Below are positions 1-9,805 of a stretch of 64,000 nucleotides of DNA, piece after piece. Both the position numbers and the translations under genes were made by a program. The stretch is from an uncultured Gemmatimonadales bacterium (GTDB lineage: Bacteria; Gemmatimonadota; Gemmatimonadetes; Gemmatimonadales; GWC2-71-9), in NCBI GenBank assembly GCA_963730185.1, contig CAVSQW010000012.1, positions 370,978 through 434,977 of the forward strand, given 5' to 3'. The notes under the pieces are model-generated. The model was not told the DNA's origin. It ran no database searches and saw only the letters and a program-made list of their open reading frames with translations. How positions within the stretch are numbered: the stretch's first letter is position 1; every line of letters begins with the position of its first letter.

Positions 1-1254
1 CCGATCCGCCCGCGCGGCCGGCGAGCTGGGCCCCATGCTGGTCCGCATGGCAGCCGGCGCAGGTCGCGAAGGCGGGCCGAACGATCACCCGCGAGGTACC
101 CCACTTCACGGCTCCCACCCCCGACTTGTCCTTTCGATGGCAGGCCGAGCACTTCACCGCTTCGTGCTTTCCGAGCAGTGGAAACCTGGTCTTCTGGTGT
201 CGCTCCAGCGGGAACGTCGACGGGCTGAAGCCGCGCTCGTCGTGGCAGCTGGCACAGTCCACGGGCCGGCCGGTCAGAGTGGCGTTGCCGCCGTGGGCGT
301 CGGCGTGGCAGGCGGTGCAGGTCCCGAACGCGGGACGCTTGTCCTGCTCGGTGGCGAAGCCGCGATGGCAGGCCGAGCAGGCCGTCGCGGCGTGGCGCCC
401 GCGGAGGGGAAACCTGGTAGCCGAGTGGTTGAAGCCTCCCCTCGCGATCTGCTTGAACGGGCGAGTGGTCGCGTGGCAGGTGGCGCATTCGGCCCCGAAC
501 TGCCCGTTGTGCGGATCGGCGTGGCAGGCGGCACAGCTGTTGTGCGGCACGGGGCGATACACCGGCACCGGGTGGCCGGCGGCGTCACGCCGAGGCGAGA
601 GGCGGGCTGCCAGGTGGCACTTGTTGCAGGTGACCGTGGCGTGCCGGCCGGTGAGTGGATAGTCGGTGGTGTCGTGCGCGAACCCCGGGGTGACCTTCCA
701 CTTGCCGGTGTCGTGACAGCTCGCGCATTGGCTGCCGAGCGCCCCCCGGTGCGCGTCCTCGTGGCAGCTGGCACAGGCGGTCTCGAGACCGGTCCAATGC
801 GAGGTGCCGTTCGGGGCGAGGGCCGCCGCCGGCGACTTCCGGCTGGCGGCCGTGTGACACTTCTCGCAGGTCAGCGCGGCGTGGCTCTTCTCCAGACGCC
901 AGCCGGTCCGGGCGTGATCGAACCGCTCCGCGCGGCCATCAGGCCACTTGACCAGCCGGAAGTCCACGCCGGCGTGATCCGGGTGGCAGGTGGCGCAGCG
1001 CTCCCCCGGACCGTCGGGCTCCCGTGATAGCCTCGGTTCCGCCCGGCCAACCAGCCGATGTCCTGGTGACAGGCGACGCACCGGGCCTGCATCGCCTCCT
1101 TGCCGCCCGCGTGGCACTTGGTGCACTTGAGGGTGCCCTCGAGCTCCCGATGCACCCGGGCCAGGGGCCCTGGTGAGACCTGCGCCGAAAGCCCCGCCAC
1201 CGGCGGGGCCAGCAACAGCAGCACCAACCCGACCAGTCGGCCGAGTCGCATCAC
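1..1254 (-). CDS. Exported multiheme cytochrome c (>=14 CxxCH), one frameshift near 1005, 3' end runs off the window
   Basis: Signal peptide MMRLGRLVGLVLLLLAPPVAGLSA, then CTKCH and CVACH. After a 1-nt shift in a G run (~1003-1007), manual translation gives CATCH, CEKCH, CASCH, CASCH, CNKCH, CAACH, CATCH, CSACH, CTACH, CASCH, CSACH, CAGCH, with recurring F.H..T.FPL.G.H modules. Confidence 0.92.
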
Positions 1255-2267
1255 CAGAACCAGGTCATTCCCATCGAGATCACGACGCCCACGTGAATCA
1301 GCACCGCCAGCAGCGCGGCCATCGCAAACGGCCGGTGCGCCACGTGCCAGAGGCGGAACACCCGCTGGGTGGCGGTCAGCATCCTGGCTTGCTGCGTCAG
1401 GGCCATCTCTCGGCCCGCCAGCTTCACCACCCGGCGGAGCGCCCCGCGGTCGAGCCGGTCACCTGTCTTCCGCGTCGCGCAGATCCGGCGGAGCGACCGG
1501 GCCGCCCGCCAGCGCGAAAGCTCGTCGGTCGCCATCCGGCGGACGGTCGCGAGCAACCCGAGACCATCACACGGAGAGGGATCGGAGCGGAGCAACGACT
1601 CGACTTGAGCCGCGGGCAGACCGGAAGTGCGCACGACGTCCTCCAGCAGCCCCCGACGTTCCGCCGCGATCTCTTCGGCGGTGAGCTCGAGACCGCTCGC
1701 GCTCCGCGGAATGTGCACGTAGAGATATCGCCCGGCCACGCCGCTCAGGCAGACCACCATCATCGACCAGAACCCCAGACCGATCACACCGTCGAACCGC
1801 CAGCTGGCGTGTACCGCGGCTAGGACCGGAAGGATCAACGCGGCCGCGACGTGGACATCCAGCCACTTGGACATCGCGCCGGTCCATCGGAGCCACCGGA
1901 ACTTCTTTCGAAGGGGGTAGAGCCAGAGAAAGACGAATATGGAAACCGCCAAGATCCCGGCAGTTTGCCCAACGTAGCCCGATGGTCGGAGCCAGACGTG
2001 CAAAGGATCGCGCACCCGCTCCGCGGGCGGCGCCAGGTAGTACGGGGCTCCGAGGACGGTCACGGCAAGCAGCAGGCTCACCGACGCGATGACCGGCGTC
2101 CAGGAAGGGCCCCTGCGGCGAGCGGGAGGGGCCGTCGCGGCCTTCGGCGAGGCCGGGGGCGCCGCCGCGCGCCCCCCAAGGCCTGGCCCCGGATGGAGCG
2201 GCGTCACCGGTCGGCCGAGGGCCGGCTGGCTGGGGCGAACGGTCGAATGCAGCTGCTTCGCGGACAT
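1251..2267 (-). CDS. Integral membrane protein, ferric-reductase/cytochrome b-like
   Basis: Several hydrophobic helices with His pairs WLDVH...AAVHAS and WHVAH...VLIHV; stop overlaps the cytochrome start (GTGATG). Confidence 0.7.
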   Translation of the reverse strand: MSAKQLHSTVRPSQPALGRPVTPLHPGPGLGGRAAAPPASPKAATAPPARRRGPSWTPVIASVSLLLAVTVLGAPYYLAPPAERVRDPLHVWLRPSGYVGQTAGILAVSIFVFLWLYPLRKKFRWLRWTGAMSKWLDVHVAAALILPVLAAVHASWRFDGVIGLGFWSMMVVCLSGVAGRYLYVHIPRSASGLELTAEEIAAERRGLLEDVVRTSGLPAAQVESLLRSDPSPCDGLGLLATVRRMATDELSRWRAARSLRRICATRKTGDRLDRGALRRVVKLAGREMALTQQARMLTATQRVFRLWHVAHRPFAMAALLAVLIHVGVVISMGMTWFW

Positions 2268-2354
2268 GGATTCCCTGGCTTCGAGCTACCCCACTCAAGG
2301 CACAAAGTGTGCGAGATGGAGACGCGCGGTCGTCATCTTGCTTGTACACCGTAA

Positions 2355-2407
2355 GTTGTTCCATGACAACGAGATGAACGACTGTTTTTCGCCTCGTTGT
2401 CATGAAA
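2355..2407. promoter_or_regulatory. Inverted repeats in divergent promoter region
   Basis: catgacaacgag (2362-2373) / ctcgttgtcatg (2393-2404) is a perfect 12-bp inverted repeat; nested gttgt-N6-acaac (2355-2370); locally lower GC. Confidence 0.5.
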
Positions 2408-2465
2408 TGACGTCACGAATCATTACAGTAGGAACGGCCCGTTACCTCTCGGCGGGAATTCGGCC

Positions 2466-3827
2466 ATGCTGATTGACGCGGTGTTCGCCGCCGTACTGCT
2501 CTTCGCCATCACCACTCACCTCCTGGGCCACCGCCGGAAGGAGCGGGCCGCCCGAGAAGCGGGCGTGAAGGTCGGCCTCGCCGGTGACGGGCCGCAGGGG
2601 CAGCACCCGCACATCGAGATCGACGATTGCATCGGCTGCGGCGCCTGCGTCACGGCGTGCCCCGAGGGCGACGTGCTGGCGGTCATCGGCGGCAAGGCCG
2701 GAATGGTCAACGGGCACAAGTGCATCGGTCACGGTCTCTGCGCGGAGGCCTGTCCGGTCGGCGCGATCGAGATCGTGATGGCGCCGCCTTCCATGTCGGC
2801 CGACCTGCCCGCGCTTACGCCGGAGTACGAGACGTCGGTCGAGAACCTCTTCGTCGTCGGCGAGCTGGGCGGGCTGGCACTGATCAAGAACGCGGTGAAT
2901 CAGGGCCGCGACGCGGTCGACACGATTCTCGAGCGGCTTCCCCGACTCCGGCATCGTCCGGACGTCGGCCCGCCGCCGCTCGACCTGGTGGTCGTCGGGG
3001 CTGGTCCGGGCGGCATCTCCGCCTCGCTCCGAGCCCAGGAGCAGGGCCTGAGCTACCTGTGCCTCGAGGCCGAAGACCTGGGCGGCACGGTGGCGAAGTA
3101 CCCCCGCCAGAAGCTGGTGATGACCAGCCCGGTCGAATTCCCGATGTACGGAAAGTTCAAGAAGCTGGAGATCACCAAGGAGAGTCTCTTGGCGCTCTGG
3201 ACCAGAGTGGCCGAGACCACGGGCGGACGGATCCATACCCAGGAGCGGGTCGAGGAGATTCGGCCCGAGGCGACCGGCCGGTTCACCGTGCGCACAGCCA
3301 AAGGCGAGTACCAGACGTTGGCGGTGGTCCTGGCCATCGGCCGCCGGGGCACGCCCCGGAAGCTGGGCGTTCCGGGCGAGGAGCTCCCTCACGTGATGTA
3401 CAGTCTGCTCGACGCCGAGGCCTACACCGGCCGGCGGATCCTGGTCGTGGGCGGCGGCGACAGTGCCGTCGAGGCGGCGATGGGCCTGGCGCACCAGAAG
3501 GGCAACCGGGTGGTCCTCTCCTACCGGAAGGGCGCCTTCAGCAGGCTCAAGGACCGGAACCAGAAGCGCCTCCAGGACGCGCTCAAGGCCCGACAGCTCG
3601 AGGTGGTCTTCGAGTCGGCCCCGGTCGAGATCCGCCCCGGCACCACCGTCCTCGACGTGGCCGGCGCGCGCCGTGAGGTCGCCGCCGACTACGTGTGGGT
3701 CTTCGCGGGCGGCTCGCCCCCCAAGCCGTTCCTCGAGAAGATCGGCATCCGGTTCGGCCGCCTGGAGCTGAGCGACGCCGCCCACGCTGAAGCCGAGGCC
3801 TCGGGCGGGCGGGTCGCGGCCGCCTGA
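2466..3827 (+). CDS. Membrane-anchored 2x[4Fe-4S] ferredoxin fused to FAD/NAD(P)H oxidoreductase (TrxB/YpdA-like)
   Basis: N-terminal TM helix; CIGCGACVTACP and CIGHGLCAEACP; VVVGAGPGG (FAD); VVGGGDSAVE (NAD(P)H). Confidence 0.88.
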   Translation: MLIDAVFAAVLLFAITTHLLGHRRKERAAREAGVKVGLAGDGPQGQHPHIEIDDCIGCGACVTACPEGDVLAVIGGKAGMVNGHKCIGHGLCAEACPVGAIEIVMAPPSMSADLPALTPEYETSVENLFVVGELGGLALIKNAVNQGRDAVDTILERLPRLRHRPDVGPPPLDLVVVGAGPGGISASLRAQEQGLSYLCLEAEDLGGTVAKYPRQKLVMTSPVEFPMYGKFKKLEITKESLLALWTRVAETTGGRIHTQERVEEIRPEATGRFTVRTAKGEYQTLAVVLAIGRRGTPRKLGVPGEELPHVMYSLLDAEAYTGRRILVVGGGDSAVEAAMGLAHQKGNRVVLSYRKGAFSRLKDRNQKRLQDALKARQLEVVFESAPVEIRPGTTVLDVAGARREVAADYVWVFAGGSPPKPFLEKIGIRFGRLELSDAAHAEAEASGGRVAAA

Positions 3828-3846
3828 GCCAGGGGGGCCCCCCGGC

Positions 3847-6800
3847 TCAGGGACGCTTGACGGGGTCCGGCACCGGCGGATAGAGGCCGGCGTCCGCCAG
3901 CCGCCGGTAGAACGCCTTCAGGTCCGCCAGGAACCCGTTGACGTCGTCCACCGCTCGGGGCACCTCCCGGCGCACCTGATCCACGGACTGGAGGTCCATC
4001 CGGGTCGGGGGCGCCATCGCCCCGCCGATGTTCCCGGCCACCATCCCGACCTTGAACGGCAGCACCTGTCGGAAGATCGCGAAATCGAACTCGAACGGCT
4101 CGTCGGGGTTCCGGACGCCGAACCGTTGGCGGAGCGAGTCGAGCCGGGTCACGAGCGAGTCGAGGCCGGCCCGGATCGGCCCGGGCACCTTGGTGGAGTC
4201 GGCCAGCTCCTTCTTGACGTCGCGGAGCTGAGTGTTGGCCTGGCGGACCGCGTCGCCGGCGTCCGCGGTGGCGGCCTGGAGCCGCTGGAGCTCCTCCAGG
4301 ATCCGTTGACGACTCTGCCGATCCGCTTCGGTGATCTGGATGTCCGGATCGCCGCGGACGTTCACCGGCTTGACCGCCACCTGGGTCCCGTTCACCACCA
4401 AAGCCACCTGGTAGGTGCCGGGCAGCACCACCGGGCCGGGCGTCCCTGGCTCGCCCCCACCGCCGCCGAACAGCGCGGCCAACCCACCCCCACCACCCCC
4501 ACTCCCCTTCCGGGCCGGTTCGATCGGGTTGCTTTGCAGGTTCCAGACCACCGTGTGGACGCCCGGGCTCAGCTTGTCGGCCACCGCCTTGCCCTTGATC
4601 GTCCGCACCTCCGCCCCGGAAGCGTCCCGGACCACCAGCCGGAGACTGTCCGCCTTGGACTTCAACGAATAGGCGATCACCGAGCCGACGGGAGGGTTCT
4701 CCCCGAGCCACTGCATGTCGCCCTCGAACACCCGCTCGCGGTCCTGGGCCGGTGACCGATAGACCGCGGCGGGCACGTCGAACAGGAAGGCGCCGGTGGC
4801 GGCCCCGGCGGCGGCGTACTGCTGGATCGGCGCCAGGTCGTCGAGGATCCAAAGCCCCCGCCCGTGGGTGGCCAGGATCATCGCGTTGTCGCGCGGGTGG
4901 AGCGTGATTTCGTAGACCGGCACGGTCGGGAGGTTGGCCCGAAGCCGGCCCCAGCTGGCCCCGCGGTTGGTGGTGACGTACACGCCGGTCTCGGTCCCGA
5001 GGTAGAGCACGTCGGGATTCTTGAGGTCCTCGGTGATGGTCCGCGCCACCTCCCCTTTCGGCAGGTTGGTCGCGAGCGAGGTCCAGGTGGTGCCGTAGTC
5101 CGGGCTCTGGTAGACGTAGGTGCCGTAGTCGCCCATCCGATGGCCGTCGAAGGTCGCGTACACGGTACCCTCGGCGAACTTCGAGGGCTCGACCTTGGAG
5201 ACGTAGGCCCATTTCGGAACCCCGGCAATCTTCGCCGTCACGTTGGCCCAGGTGGCCCCGCCGTCCCGGGAGACGTTGAGCTGCCCGTCGTCCGACCCCG
5301 TGTAATAGAGCCCGGCCTTGAGCTTCGACTCCGCGATCGTGAACAGGGTGGCGTAGGTCGAGACGCCGTCGTTCTTGGCGATCTTGATGTCCTTACCCTG
5401 CACGCCCATGATCTGGAGCGTGTCGCGGTCCACGCCGGTGGTCAGGTCGGGGCTGATCGCCGCCCAGCTCATGCCCCGGTCGGTCGACTTGAAGAGCTGG
5501 TTGGCGCCCACGTAGATCGTGCTCGGGTCGTGGGGCGAGAGCATCATCGGCGTGTCCCAGTTCCAGCGGTACGGCGCCTCGCCGTCGGCCGGCTCCGGGC
5601 GGATGCTCTGCCGCTCGTTCGTGACCCGGTCGATCCGGTTCATGAAGCCTTCCTGCGACTCGGCGTAGATGATCCGGTGGTTGGTCGGATCGATCAGGCC
5701 GACGAACCCGTCGCCGCCGTTCACCACGAACCACGCGTCGTTCCCGATCCCGTCGGCGGAGCGAACCTGGCTGGGCCCGCACCAGGCGTCGTTGTCCTGG
5801 AGCCCCCCACAGAGGTTGTAGGGCTCCTGCAGGTCGAAGCCGACGTGATAGAACTGCCCGACCGGCAGGTTCGGGAGCCACATCCACTTCTTGGCCTTGT
5901 CCCAGGTGATGCCGACGCCACCGTCGCCGCCGATCATCATGTGGTCGGGGTTGTTCGGGTCGATCCACATCGCGTGGAGGTCGACGTGGATCTTCTCGGC
6001 CCCGTCGAACCGGAACGTCTTGCCTCCATCGTCGGAGATCCCGAGCGGGGTCTGGGGCTGATAGACGCGGAGGTCGTTCTCGGGATCGACCCGGACGACC
6101 CCGAAGTACATCGGCCGCGAATTGGAGGAGCCCATCTTCCGCCAGGACATCCCGGCGTCGTCGGAGCGGTAGTAGCCGCCCTCCTTCTCGTGCTCGACCC
6201 GGGCGTAGATCACGCTCGGATTCTTGCGCCAGATGTCGAGCCCAATCCGGCCCATGGCGCCTTTCGGGAGCCCCTTTTCGAGCCGGGTCCAGGTCCGGCC
6301 GGCGTCGGCGGTCTTGTAGATCCCGCTCGCGGCGCCGCCGCCGTTCATGCCCCAGGTGGTTCGCCGCCGCTGGTAGACCGCCGCATAAAGCACCTTGTCG
6401 TTCATCGGGTCCATCACCAGCTCGGTCCCGCCGGCGTCGGGTCCGCCATCGAGCACCCGGGCCCAGGTGAGCCCGCCGTCCGTGGTTTTGTAGACGCCCC
6501 TGTCGCCGCCCGACCTCCAGAGATCGCCCAAGGCCGCGACGTAGACCACGTCGTGGTCGATCGGGTCGACCACGATCCGGGCCACCTGCTTCGAGTCCCG
6601 GAGCCCCATGTTCTTCCAGCTGAGCCCGCCGTCGGTCGACTTGTAGACCCCGTCGCCCCAGCTCGAGCTCTGCCGGTTGTTGTTCTCGCCGGTCCCGACC
6701 CAGACCAGGTTCGGATCGTTCTGTGCGATGGTCACCGTGCCGATCGAGGCCATCCCGGCCGAGTCGAACACGGAGGCGAAGGTGACCCCGCCGTTGGTGG

Positions 6801-7050
6801 TCTTCCAGAGGCCGCCGGTGGCAGCCGCGACGTAGAAGATCCGCGGATCTCGGTCCAGGACCGCGAAATCGTCGATCCGGCCGCTCATGATCGACGGGCC
6901 GACGTCGCGGAAATGGAGCCGGTCGAAGGGCCCACCCTTCCACTCGGCGGTGTCGGCCGGCGGAGCCGGGCGGGAGGGCGCCTGAGCGGCGGCCATCACG
7001 GGAACGGTCAGTACGGCACCCAGGAGCACCGGGAGGGAAAGCGTGCGCAC
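3847..7050 (-). CDS. Exported BNR/Asp-box repeat (VPS10/sortilin-like) beta-propeller protein, putative glycosyl hydrolase
   Basis: Signal peptide; many S/T-x-D-x-G-x-T/S-W repeats (STDGGLSW, TTDGGLTW, SDDAGMSW, SRDGGATW); 1067 aa. Confidence 0.85.
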   Translation of the reverse strand: MRTLSLPVLLGAVLTVPVMAAAQAPSRPAPPADTAEWKGGPFDRLHFRDVGPSIMSGRIDDFAVLDRDPRIFYVAAATGGLWKTTNGGVTFASVFDSAGMASIGTVTIAQNDPNLVWVGTGENNNRQSSSWGDGVYKSTDGGLSWKNMGLRDSKQVARIVVDPIDHDVVYVAALGDLWRSGGDRGVYKTTDGGLTWARVLDGGPDAGGTELVMDPMNDKVLYAAVYQRRRTTWGMNGGGAASGIYKTADAGRTWTRLEKGLPKGAMGRIGLDIWRKNPSVIYARVEHEKEGGYYRSDDAGMSWRKMGSSNSRPMYFGVVRVDPENDLRVYQPQTPLGISDDGGKTFRFDGAEKIHVDLHAMWIDPNNPDHMMIGGDGGVGITWDKAKKWMWLPNLPVGQFYHVGFDLQEPYNLCGGLQDNDAWCGPSQVRSADGIGNDAWFVVNGGDGFVGLIDPTNHRIIYAESQEGFMNRIDRVTNERQSIRPEPADGEAPYRWNWDTPMMLSPHDPSTIYVGANQLFKSTDRGMSWAAISPDLTTGVDRDTLQIMGVQGKDIKIAKNDGVSTYATLFTIAESKLKAGLYYTGSDDGQLNVSRDGGATWANVTAKIAGVPKWAYVSKVEPSKFAEGTVYATFDGHRMGDYGTYVYQSPDYGTTWTSLATNLPKGEVARTITEDLKNPDVLYLGTETGVYVTTNRGASWGRLRANLPTVPVYEITLHPRDNAMILATHGRGLWILDDLAPIQQYAAAGAATGAFLFDVPAAVYRSPAQDRERVFEGDMQWLGENPPVGSVIAYSLKSKADSLRLVVRDASGAEVRTIKGKAVADKLSPGVHTVVWNLQSNPIEPARKGSGGGGGGLAALFGGGGGEPGTPGPVVLPGTYQVALVVNGTQVAVKPVNVRGDPDIQITEADRQSRQRILEELQRLQAATADAGDAVRQANTQLRDVKKELADSTKVPGPIRAGLDSLVTRLDSLRQRFGVRNPDEPFEFDFAIFRQVLPFKVGMVAGNIGGAMAPPTRMDLQSVDQVRREVPRAVDDVNGFLADLKAFYRRLADAGLYPPVPDPVKRP

Positions 7051-7243
7051 GGAGGCCTCCGGCGAGTTCGGTCGTTCGGGGAAGTTGCCTGCGGCCCAAG
7101 GTTATCCCTGCCGGCGGCAACGGACAACTCGGACGGGATCAACTGGCCTGCCGGCGCGCCCCCCGCCCCAACGAGTTTGCGAAGCCCCGCCGGCCCCCGG
7201 TACGATTCACGAGACTCTCGTCCCCCACCGGAGCGCCTCGTCC

Positions 7244-8716
7244 ATGCCCCAGGTCCGGTCCATGGGGCCGGCGTTCCCGGCCCTGGCGATGCTCCTCGCG
7301 ATCGTGGCCTGCGGTGAACGGAACCGGGTCATCGCGCCACCACCGGACCGCTTCGCCGAAGCCGCCTTGCCCCCTCCGCCGGCCCTGGCGCCGTCCGTGG
7401 TCGACGCCCCGATCCGGCTCGATCTCGACACCGCGCTCGCGATCCTCGACTCACTCCTTCCCACCCGCTTCGGCAGCCTGAACCGACGGATCCGGATCGC
7501 GGCCAACTCCCGGGAGAGCTTCGCGTTCTCGGTACGGCGGGAGCGGTTCCGGGCCACCTTCCGCTCGGACGCGGTCCTCCTCTCGACGGTCCTTCACTAC
7601 GCCGGCCGGGGATGGTACGACCCCCCGCTGGCCCCGGAGATGACCGGGTCCTGCGGCACCGATCCGCCGATGCCGCGAGCCCGGATCGCGGTGAGGCTCC
7701 GCCCCGAGATCACCCCCGATTGGGCCCTTCGCCTCCATCCCCAGCTGGCCGGTCTCGCTCCGGTGAGCCGCGCGGCGCGAGACCGATGCGAGGTGACCTT
7801 CCTGCACCTCGACGTAACCCGTCACGTGCTGGCTGCGGCGCGCGACGCCCTCGTCGATCAGCTCGCGGCGCTCGACCGCCGGGTGGCCGGGCTCGACGTC
7901 CGGGGCGTCTTCGCCGACGTCTGGCGGGAGATGCAGCACCCGATCCGCCTCACCGACAGCGTGTGGCTGGTGCTCGATCCGGCCGGTGTCCGAGCCGGCC
8001 GGCTCCGGGGGTCAACCCACGACGTCGGTACCACGGTGGGAATCGTGGCTCGTCCCCGGATCGAGACCGGCCCCCGACCCACGCCCGGCACGACGCCCCT
8101 GCCGGCGCTCGAGCCGGTCGGGCCGACCCAAGGCCTCAGCCTGCTGGTCCACGGGCGGTTCGACTATTCCGTCGCCAGCCGGCTCCTCGACCGGGAGCTG
8201 GCCGGAACGACGGTCGACGTCCCGGGCGGCTCCGTGATCGTCGAGCAGGTTCGTCTCTTCGGCATCGGCGGCGGCCGGATCGCCCTCGGCCTCGAGTTCC
8301 GGGGTAGCGCGCAGGGCAGGATCTACTTCGTCGGCAGGCCGGCCTACGATCGGGCAACCGACCGGATCACGATGCCCGATCTGGAGATCGACGCCTCGAG
8401 CTCGGGGCTGCTCATCCGAGGACTGGCCTGGCTCCGAGCCGACGAGCTCCGCGACGAGCTCCGCGCCAAAGCGACGTTCAGCGCCGACGAGGTGTTGAGC
8501 GGCCTGACCCGGCTGGCCATGGACGGCATGAACCGCGAGCTCACCCGCGGGGTGCGGCTCCGAGCCGAGCTCACCGGCGCCGAGCTGCTCCGAATCGAGC
8601 CTCGCCTCGACGGTCTCTACCTCGAGGCGCGGGCCATGGGGAGCGCGGGTCTCGCGCTCTCCGCCAGCGCCTTCCAGGATCGATCGCCGAGCACCCCGAA
8701 CCCACGCCACGACTGA
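7244..8716 (+). CDS. DUF4403-like lipoprotein
   Basis: Lipobox-like LLAIVAC; SCG...PRA.I and W..MQHPIRLTDSVWLVLDP motifs; start chosen at ATG 7244. Confidence 0.65.
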   Translation: MPQVRSMGPAFPALAMLLAIVACGERNRVIAPPPDRFAEAALPPPPALAPSVVDAPIRLDLDTALAILDSLLPTRFGSLNRRIRIAANSRESFAFSVRRERFRATFRSDAVLLSTVLHYAGRGWYDPPLAPEMTGSCGTDPPMPRARIAVRLRPEITPDWALRLHPQLAGLAPVSRAARDRCEVTFLHLDVTRHVLAAARDALVDQLAALDRRVAGLDVRGVFADVWREMQHPIRLTDSVWLVLDPAGVRAGRLRGSTHDVGTTVGIVARPRIETGPRPTPGTTPLPALEPVGPTQGLSLLVHGRFDYSVASRLLDRELAGTTVDVPGGSVIVEQVRLFGIGGGRIALGLEFRGSAQGRIYFVGRPAYDRATDRITMPDLEIDASSSGLLIRGLAWLRADELRDELRAKATFSADEVLSGLTRLAMDGMNRELTRGVRLRAELTGAELLRIEPRLDGLYLEARAMGSAGLALSASAFQDRSPSTPNPRHD

Positions 8717-8847
8717 TCCCGACCCGGCCTCGGGACACCGAGCTGATCCGGTCCTTGCCTCACCCAACTTGCGATCCCGCAGGAGAGCGGTATCGTACGT
8801 TCGCGGCCGTTCATCGAAATTTCATCGATCCCGTTAGCGCCAGCATC

Positions 8848-9801
8848 GTGTCCTTCCGCCAAACGCACGTCTCGGGTCTCCCCGCCATTGCGCTCCGTTC
8901 CGCGGAGCTCGAGGTCGTCGTCGTGCCGGTCGCCGGCGGCAAAGTCACCAACCTGCGCCGGTTGACCGGCCGTGAGTGGCTCTGGCGGAGCCCGTCGATC
9001 CCGCTTCGTCCCTACCTGAGGGGAACGCCCTACCTCGACCGGGGCGATTCCGGCGGCTGGGACGAGTGCTTCCCGACCATCGCGCCCTGCACCGTGACGC
9101 TGCCCGGCGGCCGGACCGTGGCGCTCGACGACCACGGCGAGCTCTGGACGGCCCACGTGGCGTCCGCGGTCTACGAGGCCCAGGGTGAGCCGATCCTCGA
9201 CTCCAGCGTGGCCGGGGCCGCGTTCCCCTTCCAGTTCAGCCGGCGCATCAGGCTCGAGCGGAACCAGCCCGTCGTCCACTTCGAGTACCAGGTCCGGAAC
9301 GTCGGGGCCGACCCCTTTCCCTGGATCTGGGCGGCACATCCGCTGCTCACGATCCAACCGGGAACCCGGATCGAGCTGCCCACCGCCACCCGGCTCCGGG
9401 TGGGCCGGGCGTTCGGCCGGACCGACCTCGCCCCGGACCAGGAGCTGACCTGGCCCGACGACCTCCTGCCGGGCGGGGTGCTCGACGGTCGTCGGGGCTG
9501 GGCGGTCAAGGCGTTCGGCGACCTCGGCCCGTCGGGCCGGATGATCGTGGTCGATCCCCATCGCGGGGAACGCCTCGAGATCGAAGTCGACCCCTCGCTG
9601 GTGCCCCAGGTCGGAGTCTGGCTCAACCTCGAAGGCTGGGCCCTTCCCGGGACCCATCCGCACTTCGTCGCCGCGCTCGAGCCCTGCATCGGCGCGCCCG
9701 GCAGCCTGGCCCGCGCCATCGACGACTGGAAGACCGCCCAGACCCTGAACCCCGGTGAGGTTCGGACCTGGGCGGTGCGGGTTCGGCTGCCCGAACCGTA
9801 G
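8848..9801 (+). CDS. Galactose mutarotase/aldose 1-epimerase-like protein
   Basis: GGKVTNL, REWLW, GGWDECFPT, DHGELW, WAAHP and ALEP motifs; start uncertain (GTG 8848). Confidence 0.75.
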   Translation: MSFRQTHVSGLPAIALRSAELEVVVVPVAGGKVTNLRRLTGREWLWRSPSIPLRPYLRGTPYLDRGDSGGWDECFPTIAPCTVTLPGGRTVALDDHGELWTAHVASAVYEAQGEPILDSSVAGAAFPFQFSRRIRLERNQPVVHFEYQVRNVGADPFPWIWAAHPLLTIQPGTRIELPTATRLRVGRAFGRTDLAPDQELTWPDDLLPGGVLDGRRGWAVKAFGDLGPSGRMIVVDPHRGERLEIEVDPSLVPQVGVWLNLEGWALPGTHPHFVAALEPCIGAPGSLARAIDDWKTAQTLNPGEVRTWAVRVRLPEP

Positions 9802-9805
9802 GACG

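Noticed and set aside
4455..4510. ccg/cca triplet repeats
   Set aside because: Encode poly-Gly linkers within the BNR-repeat protein; ordinary low complexity.
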